64,000 nucleotides of DNA, taken from the NCBI GenBank assembly GCA_963702005.1, contig OY969696.1, forward strand, positions 160,001-224,000. Direction: 5' to 3'. This document shows positions 27,718 to 37,225 of the stretch, one piece after another (position 1 is the first letter of the stretch; every line of letters begins with the position of its first letter). A program made the position numbers and the translations under genes. This DNA is from Candidatus Aminicenantes bacterium (GTDB lineage: Bacteria; Acidobacteriota; Aminicenantia; Aminicenantales; JAFGBC01). Under the pieces are notes generated by a model that saw nothing but the letters and a program-made list of their open reading frames with translations, did not search any database and had not been told where the DNA came from.

Positions 27718-28097
27718 AAGTATGTTTCGCAGTTCAAAAAGATGACGGCGTTGAAAGTGCGGTTTATGACCATTTCGGTTCTGCTCCCGCATTTATCGTC
27801 GTGGATACCGAGCTTGACAAGACAGTAACGGTCAATAATCGTGATCTGAACCACGTCCACGGGGCCTGCAATCCGATCCAGGCCCTAGGCGGACTCAGCG
27901 TCGATGCGTTGGTCGTCGGGGGCATAGGGGCTGGAGCCATCACGAAGCTCAAGGCGCAAGGGATCAAAGTTTACCGCTCTGCGGCAGCGACGGTGAAACA
28001 GAACCTGGACCTGCTGAAAGAGAATAAGCTGCCCGAACTCTCAGTGCGGAACGCTTGCGGCGGACATCAAGAAAGCCAGGGGGGCTGCTCACGCTAA
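27714..28097 (+). CDS. NifB/NifX-family (FeMo-cofactor-binding-like) protein
   Basis: [25 protein letters not shown]. Confidence 0.9.
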   Translation: MKVCFAVQKDDGVESAVYDHFGSAPAFIVVDTELDKTVTVNNRDLNHVHGACNPIQALGGLSVDALVVGGIGAGAITKLKAQGIKVYRSAAATVKQNLDLLKENKLPELSVRNACGGHQESQGGCSR

Positions 28098-28126
28098 CAC
28101 CCCGACAGAAACGCGGAGGAGAACCT

Positions 28127-28360
28127 ATGCCGATCTACGAATATCGTTGTGCAAAGTGCGGTGAAGTCAGCGAATTTCTCATCTTGGGCAAGCAGAAACA
28201 ACTCAACTGTAAACAGTGCGGAAGCGAAGAGTTGATCAAGCTCGTTTCTGCCTACAATACGGCCGGCAGGCAAGCGCCTGGCTCCGGCGGCTCCAGCTCT
28301 GGAGGCTGTTGCGGCTCACCTGATTCATGCGGAACGCCGGGAAGCTGCTGTTCAGAATAG
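28127..28360 (+). CDS. FmdB-family zinc-ribbon protein
   Basis: MPIYEYRCAKCG..CKQCGS with Cys-rich tail; GGAGGAG RBS. Confidence 0.9.
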   Translation: MPIYEYRCAKCGEVSEFLILGKQKQLNCKQCGSEELIKLVSAYNTAGRQAPGSGGSSSGGCCGSPDSCGTPGSCCSE

Positions 28361-28417
28361 CGAGACAATAAGATAAATACAGGGAGGCCATGGGACAGGG
28401 AGACAATATGATATTTA

Positions 28418-28540
28418 TGGTTTTTTTGCGCCAGATGGAGGGGCCCCACCTTGATGGTTACCATCCAATCCCCCTTTTGCTGACAACAGCCGGCATCTTG
28501 GGCGTCGAGAAAGCGACATGACTTTCCAGAATTCCGGGGA
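28418..28540 (+). ncRNA. Putative structured non-coding element, copy B
   Basis: Shares CCCCACCTTGATGGTT-CCATC, CCCCCTTTTGCTGACA, CAGCCGGCATCTT, AGAAAGCGAC and GAATTCCG with 6421-6545. Confidence 0.45.
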
Positions 28541-28719
28541 CGCCCCGAGGGATTTTAAGCCCCTTGCATTATATTCTTGTTTCCCCCCCATTTTAATTAT
28601 TTCAGGAATGATGAGCTTTTAGACGGCATGTCCCGCCAAGGAGGGGAAAGCCTTCGCATATTGCCGCTAGATCGACGCTCTAGGATGCCCCAGAATCGAC
28701 AATCTTGAGCCGATCCATA

Positions 28720-29547
28720 TCAACGGAGATGGACGATGTTCGCCGTGATCAGCCGCGCGTGGTTCGAACACAGGAACGCGATCACCTCGGCGACCTCTTC
28801 CGGACGGACGATATGGATGAGATCGCGCCGGCGTTTCACGTCGTCTCGAACCTCATCGTTCACCCAGCCTGTGTCGGTCACCGGCGGATAGACAATGTTC
28901 GCCGTGATGCCGAACTCCGCCAGCTCGAACGCCGCGGCCATCGTGTAGTTCTCGAGCGCGGCCTTGGCGGCTCCATATGAGACTTCGTTCGGGAAACCGA
29001 GCGGGCCACCCGAGGTCAGGCCGACGATGCGGCCCCACCTGGCGCCCCGGGCCACGTGGCGCCGCGCCAGTTCCGACATCATGAGCGCGCCGCCGCGAGC
29101 GTCGACGGAGAACAGCTGGTCGTAGGTCGCCGCGGACACCGGTTGGACGTGCACCCCGTAATGCGTCTCGCCGGCAGCGGCGAAGCTGTCGGCCGCCCAG
29201 CCGACACTCGCATTATTCACGAGGATGTCGACCGGACCCAGCTCCTTCTCGGCGAAATCGAACAGCCGCGCCGGCGTTTCCGCGTCCCTCAGATCGGCTT
29301 CCATCGCGACCGCGCGCCCGCCACACGCGCGGATCGCGGCCAGCACTTCCTCGGCTCCTTTCCCGCGGTTGGCGCGATACGGCGCCGGGAAGTCGAACGG
29401 ATCGATCGTGCGCAGGTAGGAGACGAGCACCGACGCGCCGCACCCGGCGAGCGCCCGTGCCGTCGCGGCGCCTATCCCGTGGTTGGCGCCGGTGATCAGG
29501 GCGACGTGCCCCTTCAGGTCATAAGGCAGCGCCGCGACATCAGGCAT
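28720..29547 (-). CDS. SDR-family oxidoreductase
   Basis: TGANHGIG, NNAS, YGAAK. Confidence 0.93.
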   Translation of the reverse strand: MPDVAALPYDLKGHVALITGANHGIGAATARALAGCGASVLVSYLRTIDPFDFPAPYRANRGKGAEEVLAAIRACGGRAVAMEADLRDAETPARLFDFAEKELGPVDILVNNASVGWAADSFAAAGETHYGVHVQPVSAATYDQLFSVDARGGALMMSELARRHVARGARWGRIVGLTSGGPLGFPNEVSYGAAKAALENYTMAAAFELAEFGITANIVYPPVTDTGWVNDEVRDDVKRRRDLIHIVRPEEVAEVIAFLCSNHARLITANIVHLR

Positions 29548-29556
29548 GAACGCCTC

Positions 29557-29812
29557 CTACGAGCCTGCCGGCTGCTGGTACAGGCCGATCACGTTTCTGC
29601 CGGGGTCCCGGAACCTCGCGGTGATTTCAGGATCGTCCGCGCCGATCGGCTGCACTACCTCTCCGTCGTTCGCGAGGACGGCGTCGATGGTCGCCGCGAC
29701 GCTATCGACCATGATGTAGACGAGCAGTCCCGGTTCTCCCGACGCCTTCCGGCCGGCAATCCACGTCCCGCTGACTTCACCGGCGCCATCGTCGAACGCC
29801 AGGTGTCCATGA
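29557..29812 (-). pseudogene. VOC/glyoxalase-family protein, 5'-truncated
   Basis: AFDDGAGEVSGTW..LVYIMVDSV..ARFRDPGRNVIGLYQ; upstream in-frame sequence is not VOC-like. Confidence 0.7.
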
Positions 29813-29919
29813 GGATAAGAATTTGCTTTTCGGCGGCGTCCGCTCGCGCAACTGATTTCGAATCGATTTCCCATCCCGCCTCCATAAATAAGCATAATTT
29901 CCGGCTCGGGGGATGTCAA

Positions 29920-31589
29920 CCGGGATTTCCCATATGACCGATCAAAGCCATCTGATTCCTTCTCGCCAGATTGGATTCTCCTATTATTGAGTAACATTTT
30001 CAAGAACTCCAGTCCCGGACCGATCCTTTTTGCCTCCACGGGCCACGATATCGACATTTCGCCCATGCAATCACCTTTTCTCTCGACTTGAAGACGGGCC
30101 TCTCCACGAGATTCGCAGACTCCGCGACCTTCAGTGTGCCGTCCATCTTAACTGGTTTCAGGCAACAACCGCAGCTGGGCGATCTTGTCCAGGATCAACG
30201 CAAACAAGCTCCGCGGAATCGCCACTTCGGCCATCTGAAAAGTAACATATTTCGCGTGCCGTATGACTTTGGCCCCTATCTTGATCATTTTTTCCCGCAA
30301 GGTGGTCAGAGTCCACTGGCTGATCCTGCTGGGCAGGGCCAGTTTGCGCAGGAAATTGCCAACATTGTATGCCAGGGCGAACAGTTGCAGCCGCACCTCG
30401 TTGTCCCGGAAGTCATGACACGACAGCCGCGTCCACGTCAGCGCGATCTTCCCCTCCTTGATCCACTGCTCGGCGGTCCCGCGCTTGTTGTAAAACCGCA
30501 CCACGTTTTTGGCTCGCCGGTTCAGGTTGGTCACGATGAAGCCGACGCGCGGGAACAGCTCGTCATGATGCCATTCGACCTTGGCCACCACTCGCCGGGG
30601 CCGCCCCCAACTCTTGGCCTGATACATGAAGCTGTGATAGAAAACCTTGGGCTTGTAGGACGGCCGGCCCACGGGCCGGGTCGTCAGGTGCTCGATCTCC
30701 CGTTGCAGCACGTCGTTGATTGGCAGGCGGACGGCGTAAAGAAACCTCTCGCCTTCCAGATATTCATAGATTTCGGGCTGGGCGAACGCCGCATCACCCC
30801 GGAAGTAGCGATTCAGCAAACACTCCCGATAACGGGCAACCACCGGCTCCAGCACCGCCCGCCAGTTGTCGGCGCTGTGCACGTTGCCCTCGCGCAGCAT
30901 CGCCCGCTCCAGATCGCCAAACTGATTGAAACAAAACAGCGGATGATATCAGGTGCACTCGAAATGACCGTTCCAGGCCGACCCTTCCTGCCGGCCGTGG
31001 GTCTGACTTTCCGAACTGTCCATGTCCAGGATCAGTTTCTTTGTCTTTGAACGACGATTGGCTTCCGATATCCACCTTCCACACAAATCGGCCAACGCCT
31101 GGACATTTTCATCGCTGGTCAGAATCTCCGTCTCGAAACGGCTCATCTGGCTGGTCGAGGCCGCCAGGTGTTCCTTGGCGCGGCCCCCTACGATCTGACG
31201 CAGGGCCGGGTCGACTCGCAGCCGCTCGGCGTCATTGGTATCCTCGTATCCGGCCAACCGCCCATATACCGCCTGCCGAAGCAATGCCGTCATCGTGTGC
31301 TGGGTATTCTGGCCCGTGCGCGGATCCTGAAGAACTTTCTCGGCCAAAACCGTCAATCCCATCACTTCATCCATCTCTCTGAAAAGCAGCAGACCGCCAT
31401 CACTGGTTATTTTTGCGCCCTGGAATTCCAGCTTCACACTGGGGTCAAACTGGACCCGCAAGACCTCTTTTTTGCTCTCACCCATCAGGTCTCTCCGTTT
31501 TTCTGCTTCAATATCGCTATCAGCCTTTATTCATCAGCCTTTTCAGCTAATATTATAACAATTTTTGATTTCTATTTGGGAAATATGGG
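29920..31589 (-). mobile_element. IS1380-family insertion sequence
   Basis: Imperfect TIRs CCGGGATTTCCCATAT / CCCATATTTCCCAAAT, ~1.67 kb; no clear TSD. Confidence 0.8.
30148..31485 (-). pseudogene. IS1380 transposase interrupted by one in-frame TGA at 30949-30951
   Basis: ITSDGGLLL, AGYEDTNDA, LDMDSS, HFECT*YHPLFCFNQFGD, RGDAAF, YNKRGTAEQWIKEGK. Confidence 0.92.
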
Positions 31590-31602
31590 TTTAGATGAAA
31601 GC

Positions 31603-31700
31603 TGTGCCCAAACTGTGCCCAAAAATATCGAAGACTATCGAAAAATATCTAAATCCATCGAAAGCCGAAAGCCCTAAAAACGGGTACCCAACAGGGGAAT
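31603..31700 (+). repeat. att-like module 5, truncated (arm and phased repeats, no tRNA core)
   Basis: TGTGCCCAAACTGTGCCCAAA + aaatatcgaa gactatcgaa aaatatctaa atccatcgaa. Confidence 0.85.
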
Positions 31701-31762
31701 GAGACAGATTCATCTATAGGTTTTATGAACACTCAATCGAGTCTAGTTCCTTCCTGTGCAGA

Positions 31763-32746
31763 CTAATCCACAGTTTCCTTCAACTTCAGGAAGCGCGCAG
31801 CATTGTTGTAAAAAATGTCACGCTTTTCTTCTTTAGAGAGAAACTTAGCTGATTCAATTCCCTCGATGGCCATGCCAATAGCCTCAGGCCACACCATCTG
31901 ATCGGATCCGAACATTAGTCGTTTTCCAAAACCTGCTCTAATCAAATCTTTGAGATATTCATGGAATTCTTCCCGTGGGATGATCCAGTTAATAGTTGCA
32001 AGATCAGCATACACTTGCGGATAGACAGCCATAATTGCCTTTGTTTCTTCTAAGTACGGCCAGCCCCCATGCATTATATAGAGTCTCAGCTTTGGATGCT
32101 TAACCAACACTTCTTCAAGAAGAATTGGATTGCCATACGTTACACGGAATTTAGGACAGCATGTGTAGGGCGTTCCCGCAGGCCCCAGACCCGTATGAAC
32201 TCCGACCGGGATGTCCAATTCTTCAGCGAGGGTTAGGTATGGATCGAACAGCGAATCATTCAGAGAAAGTCCAACATGTTGGGCTACCAGTTCACCTAAC
32301 ACACCAAGTCGGCCTGACATAAATTGTTGCCGCAGTTGTTCCACATCCGGAAGTGAAGTCACTTCATCGAAATAGACCCCCCCGACTAGGCGTTTTGGTT
32401 CTTCAGTCTTCCAGCGATACACAACGTCCAGTGGTCCACTTGTGACAGCTTTAACGATATTGTAACGGCGCATCTCTGACAGCGTTGCCAGCATAAGTTC
32501 CTCATCACTTGCTGCCCCGGAAGGCCTCCCTGTAACTGGATTGGGGATGTTTGATTCGCCCATGTACTCAACGGGGTATGAGTGCATGTGCATGTCAATA
32601 ATCGGAAGGTTCTTATTTGTAGCGGTTTGACAAGATATCAAACAGAGGATTCCCGCAAACCCAGAGACAATAAGTAGTAGTGTTATAATCTTCCTTTTTT
32701 CTGTCAAGAAGTGTTTGTTTACTGGAGCTTTAGTTGATTGTTCCAT
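31763..32746 (-). CDS. Amidohydrolase_2-family protein, probably exported
   Basis: IDMHMH, VHTG, MHGGWP, MFGSDQMVWP, NAARFL. Confidence 0.92.
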   Translation of the reverse strand: MEQSTKAPVNKHFLTEKRKIITLLLIVSGFAGILCLISCQTATNKNLPIIDMHMHSYPVEYMGESNIPNPVTGRPSGAASDEELMLATLSEMRRYNIVKAVTSGPLDVVYRWKTEEPKRLVGGVYFDEVTSLPDVEQLRQQFMSGRLGVLGELVAQHVGLSLNDSLFDPYLTLAEELDIPVGVHTGLGPAGTPYTCCPKFRVTYGNPILLEEVLVKHPKLRLYIMHGGWPYLEETKAIMAVYPQVYADLATINWIIPREEFHEYLKDLIRAGFGKRLMFGSDQMVWPEAIGMAIEGIESAKFLSKEEKRDIFYNNAARFLKLKETVD

Positions 32747-32859
32747 ATTTTTGCTCTATAGGAATTTGCTTTTTGCCTGCCCCAGTTTGCGGTTGCACTG
32801 TTGCCTCGATAACCCCATCCAACTATCTTGAAGAAGTATAAATGAAAGCTCAAGACCTG

Positions 32860-33252
32860 TCAATTGGCCCCTTCCGCCTCTCCGATGTCGAACATCTTGC
32901 AGGCGTTCCGGTGGCCGATCCGGGGGGCCAGGCGGAGTTCGTTCGAGAACCGCTCAATCGTTTCCTTGTCGGAGGCGATCTCCGGCTTGACGAGCTTCAG
33001 GGCGACTTTCTCTTTGATCTTGGTGTCGAAGACCTTATAGACCCGGCCCCTCCCCCCTTTGCCCAGCTCTTCGATGATCTGGTACCGGCCCGCTAGCGTG
33101 GAACTCATGGTCAGTTCGTGGACGGGTGTTTGAAGGGTTTCCGTCATGGCCGGAGGATAACCCTGGGACGGAGGCAGCGGGGTGCCGCATCCGGCGCAGA
33201 ATCTCGAGGTCTCGGGGTTTTCGGAATGGCAGGTCGGGCACTTGTTGGCCAA
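32860..33252 (-). pseudogene. N-terminal fragment of a zinc-ribbon Ser/Thr kinase
   Basis: KCPTC..FCAGCG, LGKGGRGRVY, VALKLVKPE; stops before HRD/DFG. Confidence 0.85.
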
Positions 33253-33314
33253 GCGAGCTCCCCTACTCTAGTTTGGCCTCAGATTAACAGAGGCCTGGGC
33301 GGGAAGTCAAATCA

Positions 33315-33417
33315 TCGACTCCCCGGCCTGAAGGCCGGGGCTTGTTCATGATTAACCCTGAGCCTCGCTCTCATCCCCGCCTTGAAAGGCGGGGCTTGGC
33401 GTCGGCGAACGGGTCAA
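33315..33417 (+). mobile_element. IS200/IS605-derived MITE, copy 2
   Basis: Near-identical to 26665-26768. Confidence 0.8.
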
Positions 33418-33434
33418 CCGGGGCTGATCGAAGA

Positions 33435-33464
33435 GGCGTGCCTGAGAGGATTCGAACCTCCGAC
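33435..33464 (-). other. tRNA 3' fragment (possibly Arg), att-like relic
   Basis: GTCGGAGGTTCGAATCCTCTCAGGCACGCC: T-arm plus acceptor strand only. Confidence 0.65.
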
Positions 33465-33607
33465 TCGAATCCCCCTGATTCACAGGGAGTCCGGGGGACA
33501 TGGAATTCGAAACCGCCTCTCTCCGTCCCTCCCCTGGTGGACTCTTGACAATTCCTTGACACCACGCTGACAACTCCCCGGGCCGCGAGAAGTATCTTCT
33601 TCTCGGA

Positions 33608-34489
33608 ATGAAGATCGAGGAGGTTGGAGTCATGATCGGACGAGAAATCCCGAGCGCGGAAAAGCGGCCTCGCCGGGCACGGACCCTTCGCCGACGTTTG
33701 ACCCTTCTTGTTCTCGCGGTCTCCCTTGCGCACTCGGTGCCCGCTGCGAATATCCCTGCCGAACCCAATATATGCCCTTTCCAAAACGGCGAGGTCCTTC
33801 GCTACAAGGTCAAATGGGGCTTCATCCGACTCGCGACGATCGAGTTGTCCCAGAAGGCTCTCGGTCCTGCGCTGCCCGCTACGTATGAAGTCCTGCTCAA
33901 GGTCAAGGAGACACGGCTCAAAAGCACCCTGAATCCCTCCTCGCTCGCCAGCCAGGTCTTTCTCCAGGAAGAGGGCGGGGAGAGGACGCGACGCGTGACC
34001 TGTCGTTACGAGCCGGACAGCGGCCTGATCGCCATGGAGGAGCTGGAAGCCGAGCGGGTGATCGTCCAGAAAACAGTTCCCTTTGAGGGCGTTTACGTTG
34101 ACCTGGTCGGGCTCATCATGGCCATGAGGAGCTTTTGCTCTTCCTCCGCCCGCGTTTCCCTGCCCACCGTCGTGGGCTGCGCCCTGGGGTCGACGGACCT
34201 CAGGTTCGCCGCGGACGTTCAACCCATCAAGTTCGGAATCTTTCAGCAGGCTGTGCGCGCCCGCTACATGACGGGCCGGACCGATTGGAAGGCCCTGGGC
34301 GGAGTCAGCGGCCCGATCGAGGCCTGGCTCAGCGACGACGCGGCGGCCGTGCCCTTGAAGATTCGGCTGAATTCGTCCTTGGGTCGGGTGACCCTGGAGC
34401 TCGAAGCCATTCAGCGGCTCGACTGGCCGTCGGCCCCCGCCACGTCTCCGGCCGGTTCAACCGCCAGGGGGGAGGCCTTTCAACCATGA
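33608..34489 (+). CDS. DUF3108-like exported protein (start uncertain)
   Basis: PFQNGEVLRYKVKWGFIRLA, WLSDDAAAVPLKIR. Confidence 0.75.
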   Translation: MKIEEVGVMIGREIPSAEKRPRRARTLRRRLTLLVLAVSLAHSVPAANIPAEPNICPFQNGEVLRYKVKWGFIRLATIELSQKALGPALPATYEVLLKVKETRLKSTLNPSSLASQVFLQEEGGERTRRVTCRYEPDSGLIAMEELEAERVIVQKTVPFEGVYVDLVGLIMAMRSFCSSSARVSLPTVVGCALGSTDLRFAADVQPIKFGIFQQAVRARYMTGRTDWKALGGVSGPIEAWLSDDAAAVPLKIRLNSSLGRVTLELEAIQRLDWPSAPATSPAGSTARGEAFQP

Positions 34490-35538
34490 AAATCTTTCTC
34501 ACCGGAGCCACGGGATTCATCGGGATTCCGCTGACGCATTTTCTCGCCGGTCTCGGCCATTCCGTCCGACTTCTTTCCCGACCGACATCGGACCTCACGC
34601 CCTTCGCCGGCCTGCCGGTCGAAGTCCGGACCGGAGATATCTTGGACGAGGGCAGCCTCAACGACGCCCTACAGGGCTGCGATGCTGTCTTCCATCTGGC
34701 CGGCTACGCCAAGAACTGGGCCAGGGACCCGGGAACCTTTTTCCGCGTCAACGTTCTCGGCCTGCGGAATGTTTTGGAGGCGGCCCGGCGAAACAACGTT
34801 CCGCGGACCGTCTTCACGTCGACGTCGGTGACCTTCGGACCTTCGTCGGGCCGGCCGGTTACGGAAAGCGATGTTCGGAGCGTCGCTTTCTTCACCGAAT
34901 ACGAGCGGACGAAATACCTGGCCGAGCAGGAAGCCGTCCGCCATGTCCGCTCCGGCCTGGATGTCGTCATGGTCAATCCCACCCGCGTGTTCGGCCCGGG
35001 CGCCCTGACCGAATCCAATTCGGTCACCAAGATGATCCATCTCTATCTGCACGGACAATGGCGCCTCATACTGGGAAGCGGCCGGGCCGTGGGGAACTAC
35101 GGCTTTATCGACGACGTGGTGAAAGGACACTGGCTGGCCCTGCAACACGGCCGGCCGGGAGAAAAATACATCCTGGGGGGAGACAACCTGGATTATGCGG
35201 GCTTTTTCCGAACGCTCGCTTCCGTTTCCGGGTGCCGCCGGCGGATGGCCCATATCCCGCCGCAGTTGGCCTTGGCCGTGTCCAAACTCGAGGCCCTGCG
35301 GGCTTCGCGGTTCGGCCGCTACCCCTTGATCACGCCCTCCTGGCTGAGAACGTTCCTGGCCGACTGGGCTTTTTCTTCGGAAAAAGCGCAACGGGAACTG
35401 GGCTACCGAACGACACCTTTCGCCCGGGCGGTTGAAGAGACCGTCCGCTGGCTGCGTCCCTCGTCAATGCCTCAAAGGAGCGCCGACCATGAAAGCCTGG
35501 ATCGATTTCCTGAACCCGTCCACCCTGTGCAGGTCTGA
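34486..35538 (+). CDS. NAD-dependent epimerase/dehydratase (HpnA/DFR-like)
   Basis: MKIFLTGATGFIG, VFHLAG, YERTK. Confidence 0.92.
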   Translation: MKIFLTGATGFIGIPLTHFLAGLGHSVRLLSRPTSDLTPFAGLPVEVRTGDILDEGSLNDALQGCDAVFHLAGYAKNWARDPGTFFRVNVLGLRNVLEAARRNNVPRTVFTSTSVTFGPSSGRPVTESDVRSVAFFTEYERTKYLAEQEAVRHVRSGLDVVMVNPTRVFGPGALTESNSVTKMIHLYLHGQWRLILGSGRAVGNYGFIDDVVKGHWLALQHGRPGEKYILGGDNLDYAGFFRTLASVSGCRRRMAHIPPQLALAVSKLEALRASRFGRYPLITPSWLRTFLADWAFSSEKAQRELGYRTTPFARAVEETVRWLRPSSMPQRSADHESLDRFPEPVHPVQV

Positions 35539-36202
35539 GGACATCAAACCCTCGGTCATCCTGCTCCTGGGCGCACTCGTCCCCACACTCCACCGCTATT
35601 TCGGCTCGATGGAGTTCGCGGGCCACGCCTTGAACACGCCGAGCGAGTTCTCGGCGGCCGCCTATATGTTCGTGACGGCCGGGCTCCTGTTCGGGGTCCT
35701 GCCGCTCCTCGTCGTTCGTTTGATCTTCAAAGAGCCGTGGCGGAATTTCGGCCTCGGGCTCGGCCGCTGGCGGGAAGGGCTCGTTCTCGCCGGCATCCTC
35801 TTCGTCGTCATCGCCGCGACGCTCCTCCTCCCGTCTTCCCAGACTGCGGAGATGAAGGCCTGCTATCCGTTCGATAAAAGCGCCGGCGGTTCGCTCTTCG
35901 CCTTCCTGCGGCTGGAGCTTTTCCGCGGCGTCTTCTTCTACACGGCCTGGGAGTTCTTTTTCCGCGGCTTCATGCTCTTCGGCTTGAGGCCCTACCTGGG
36001 CGATTGGCTGGCCGTCTGCGTCCAGACCATTCCGTCCTGCCTGTGGCACATCGGCCTGCCGACGGGGGAGATCTTCGCCTCGATCGCCGCGGGGATTCTG
36101 TTCGGCGTCCTGGCTCTCAAAACAAAGTCGATCTGGTGGGTTTGCCTGCTTCATTTTTTAATTGGCTTCGGGACCGACGGACTCATCGTCCTCACGTCCT
36201 GA
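35489..36202 (+). CDS. CPBP (CAAX/Abi) intramembrane protease
   Basis: WEFFFRG, LWHIG, LLHFL; multi-TM. Confidence 0.88.
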   Translation: MKAWIDFLNPSTLCRSEDIKPSVILLLGALVPTLHRYFGSMEFAGHALNTPSEFSAAAYMFVTAGLLFGVLPLLVVRLIFKEPWRNFGLGLGRWREGLVLAGILFVVIAATLLLPSSQTAEMKACYPFDKSAGGSLFAFLRLELFRGVFFYTAWEFFFRGFMLFGLRPYLGDWLAVCVQTIPSCLWHIGLPTGEIFASIAAGILFGVLALKTKSIWWVCLLHFLIGFGTDGLIVLTS

Positions 36203-36230
36203 GAGACGCGCGGCTAAAAGGAGGAACATC

Positions 36231-37214
36231 ATGAACATCCTGGTCACGGGGGGAACGGGGTTTATCGGGAGTCATCTCGTCGAGGCGCTCGTCCAGGAGG
36301 GTCATCGGGTGCGGACGGTGGCCAAGGACAACCGGAATGCCGGGGTCCTGGAATCCCTCGGCGTCGAGGTCGTGATCGGCGACCTGAACAACGGTTTGGC
36401 CTGGGCGCCGCTCTTCGACGGCGTCGAGTGCGTCTACCATCTGGCCGGCGTCACGCGGGCCAGGACCAACCGGGAATATTACGAAGGGAACTTCCTGGCG
36501 ACCAAGAAATTCCTCGGCGTGTGCGCGGAAAATACCAAGGGGCTCCGGAGGTTCGTTTTCGTCAGCAGTCAGGCGGCCGCCGGGCCGTCGCCGGACGGGA
36601 GGCCGCTGACGGAGGACGCCCCGTGTCATCCGGTCTCGGATTACGGCTGGAGCAAGATGCTCGCCGAGCAGGAGGTCTGGAAATTCCGGGACGCGTTTCC
36701 GGTGACGATCATCCGGCCTGCGGCCGTCTACGGCCCCCGCGACCGGGACATGCTCCAGCTCTTCATGATCATCAAAAAACGTTTCCAGCCCGTGATCGGC
36801 TTCGGCCGGAAATGGCTTAACGTCGTCCATGTCCGGGACGCGGTCGCGGGACTGGTTCTTGCCGGCCGCCACCCCGGCGCCGAGGACGAGCTGTTCTTTA
36901 TCGGAAGCGAGCGCGCCGTCACCACGGACGAGCTCGGCCGTTCGATCGCCAACGCCCTAGAGTCGGCGCCGATCCGGATGCCTGTACCCCACTGGGTCGC
37001 CTACGCCGTCGGAGCCGTGACCGAGAGCCTGGGAAGGGTCGCCGGGCGGCAGGTTCTTTTCAACCTCCAGAAAGTCCGGGAGTCGGTCCAGAAGGCTTGG
37101 CTCCTGTCCGTCGAGAAGGCCGGGGCGCGGCTCGGCTTCCGAAGCCGGGTCCCGCTGGCGGAGGGGATGAAAGAGACTTGCGCCTGGTACGTCGCGAACG
37201 GGTGGCTGAACTAG
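36231..37214 (+). CDS. NAD-dependent epimerase/dehydratase
   Basis: MNILVTGGTGFIG, YHLAG, YGWSK, VYGPRD. Confidence 0.92.
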   Translation: MNILVTGGTGFIGSHLVEALVQEGHRVRTVAKDNRNAGVLESLGVEVVIGDLNNGLAWAPLFDGVECVYHLAGVTRARTNREYYEGNFLATKKFLGVCAENTKGLRRFVFVSSQAAAGPSPDGRPLTEDAPCHPVSDYGWSKMLAEQEVWKFRDAFPVTIIRPAAVYGPRDRDMLQLFMIIKKRFQPVIGFGRKWLNVVHVRDAVAGLVLAGRHPGAEDELFFIGSERAVTTDELGRSIANALESAPIRMPVPHWVAYAVGAVTESLGRVAGRQVLFNLQKVRESVQKAWLLSVEKAGARLGFRSRVPLAEGMKETCAWYVANGWLN

Positions 37215-37225
37215 GGCGACATACC

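Noticed and set aside
27714-28097. Nitrogen fixation
   Set aside because: The NifX-like fold occurs here with DUF134 and no nif structural genes
30088-31050. 320-aa plus-strand ORF
   Set aside because: Antisense to the IS1380 transposase
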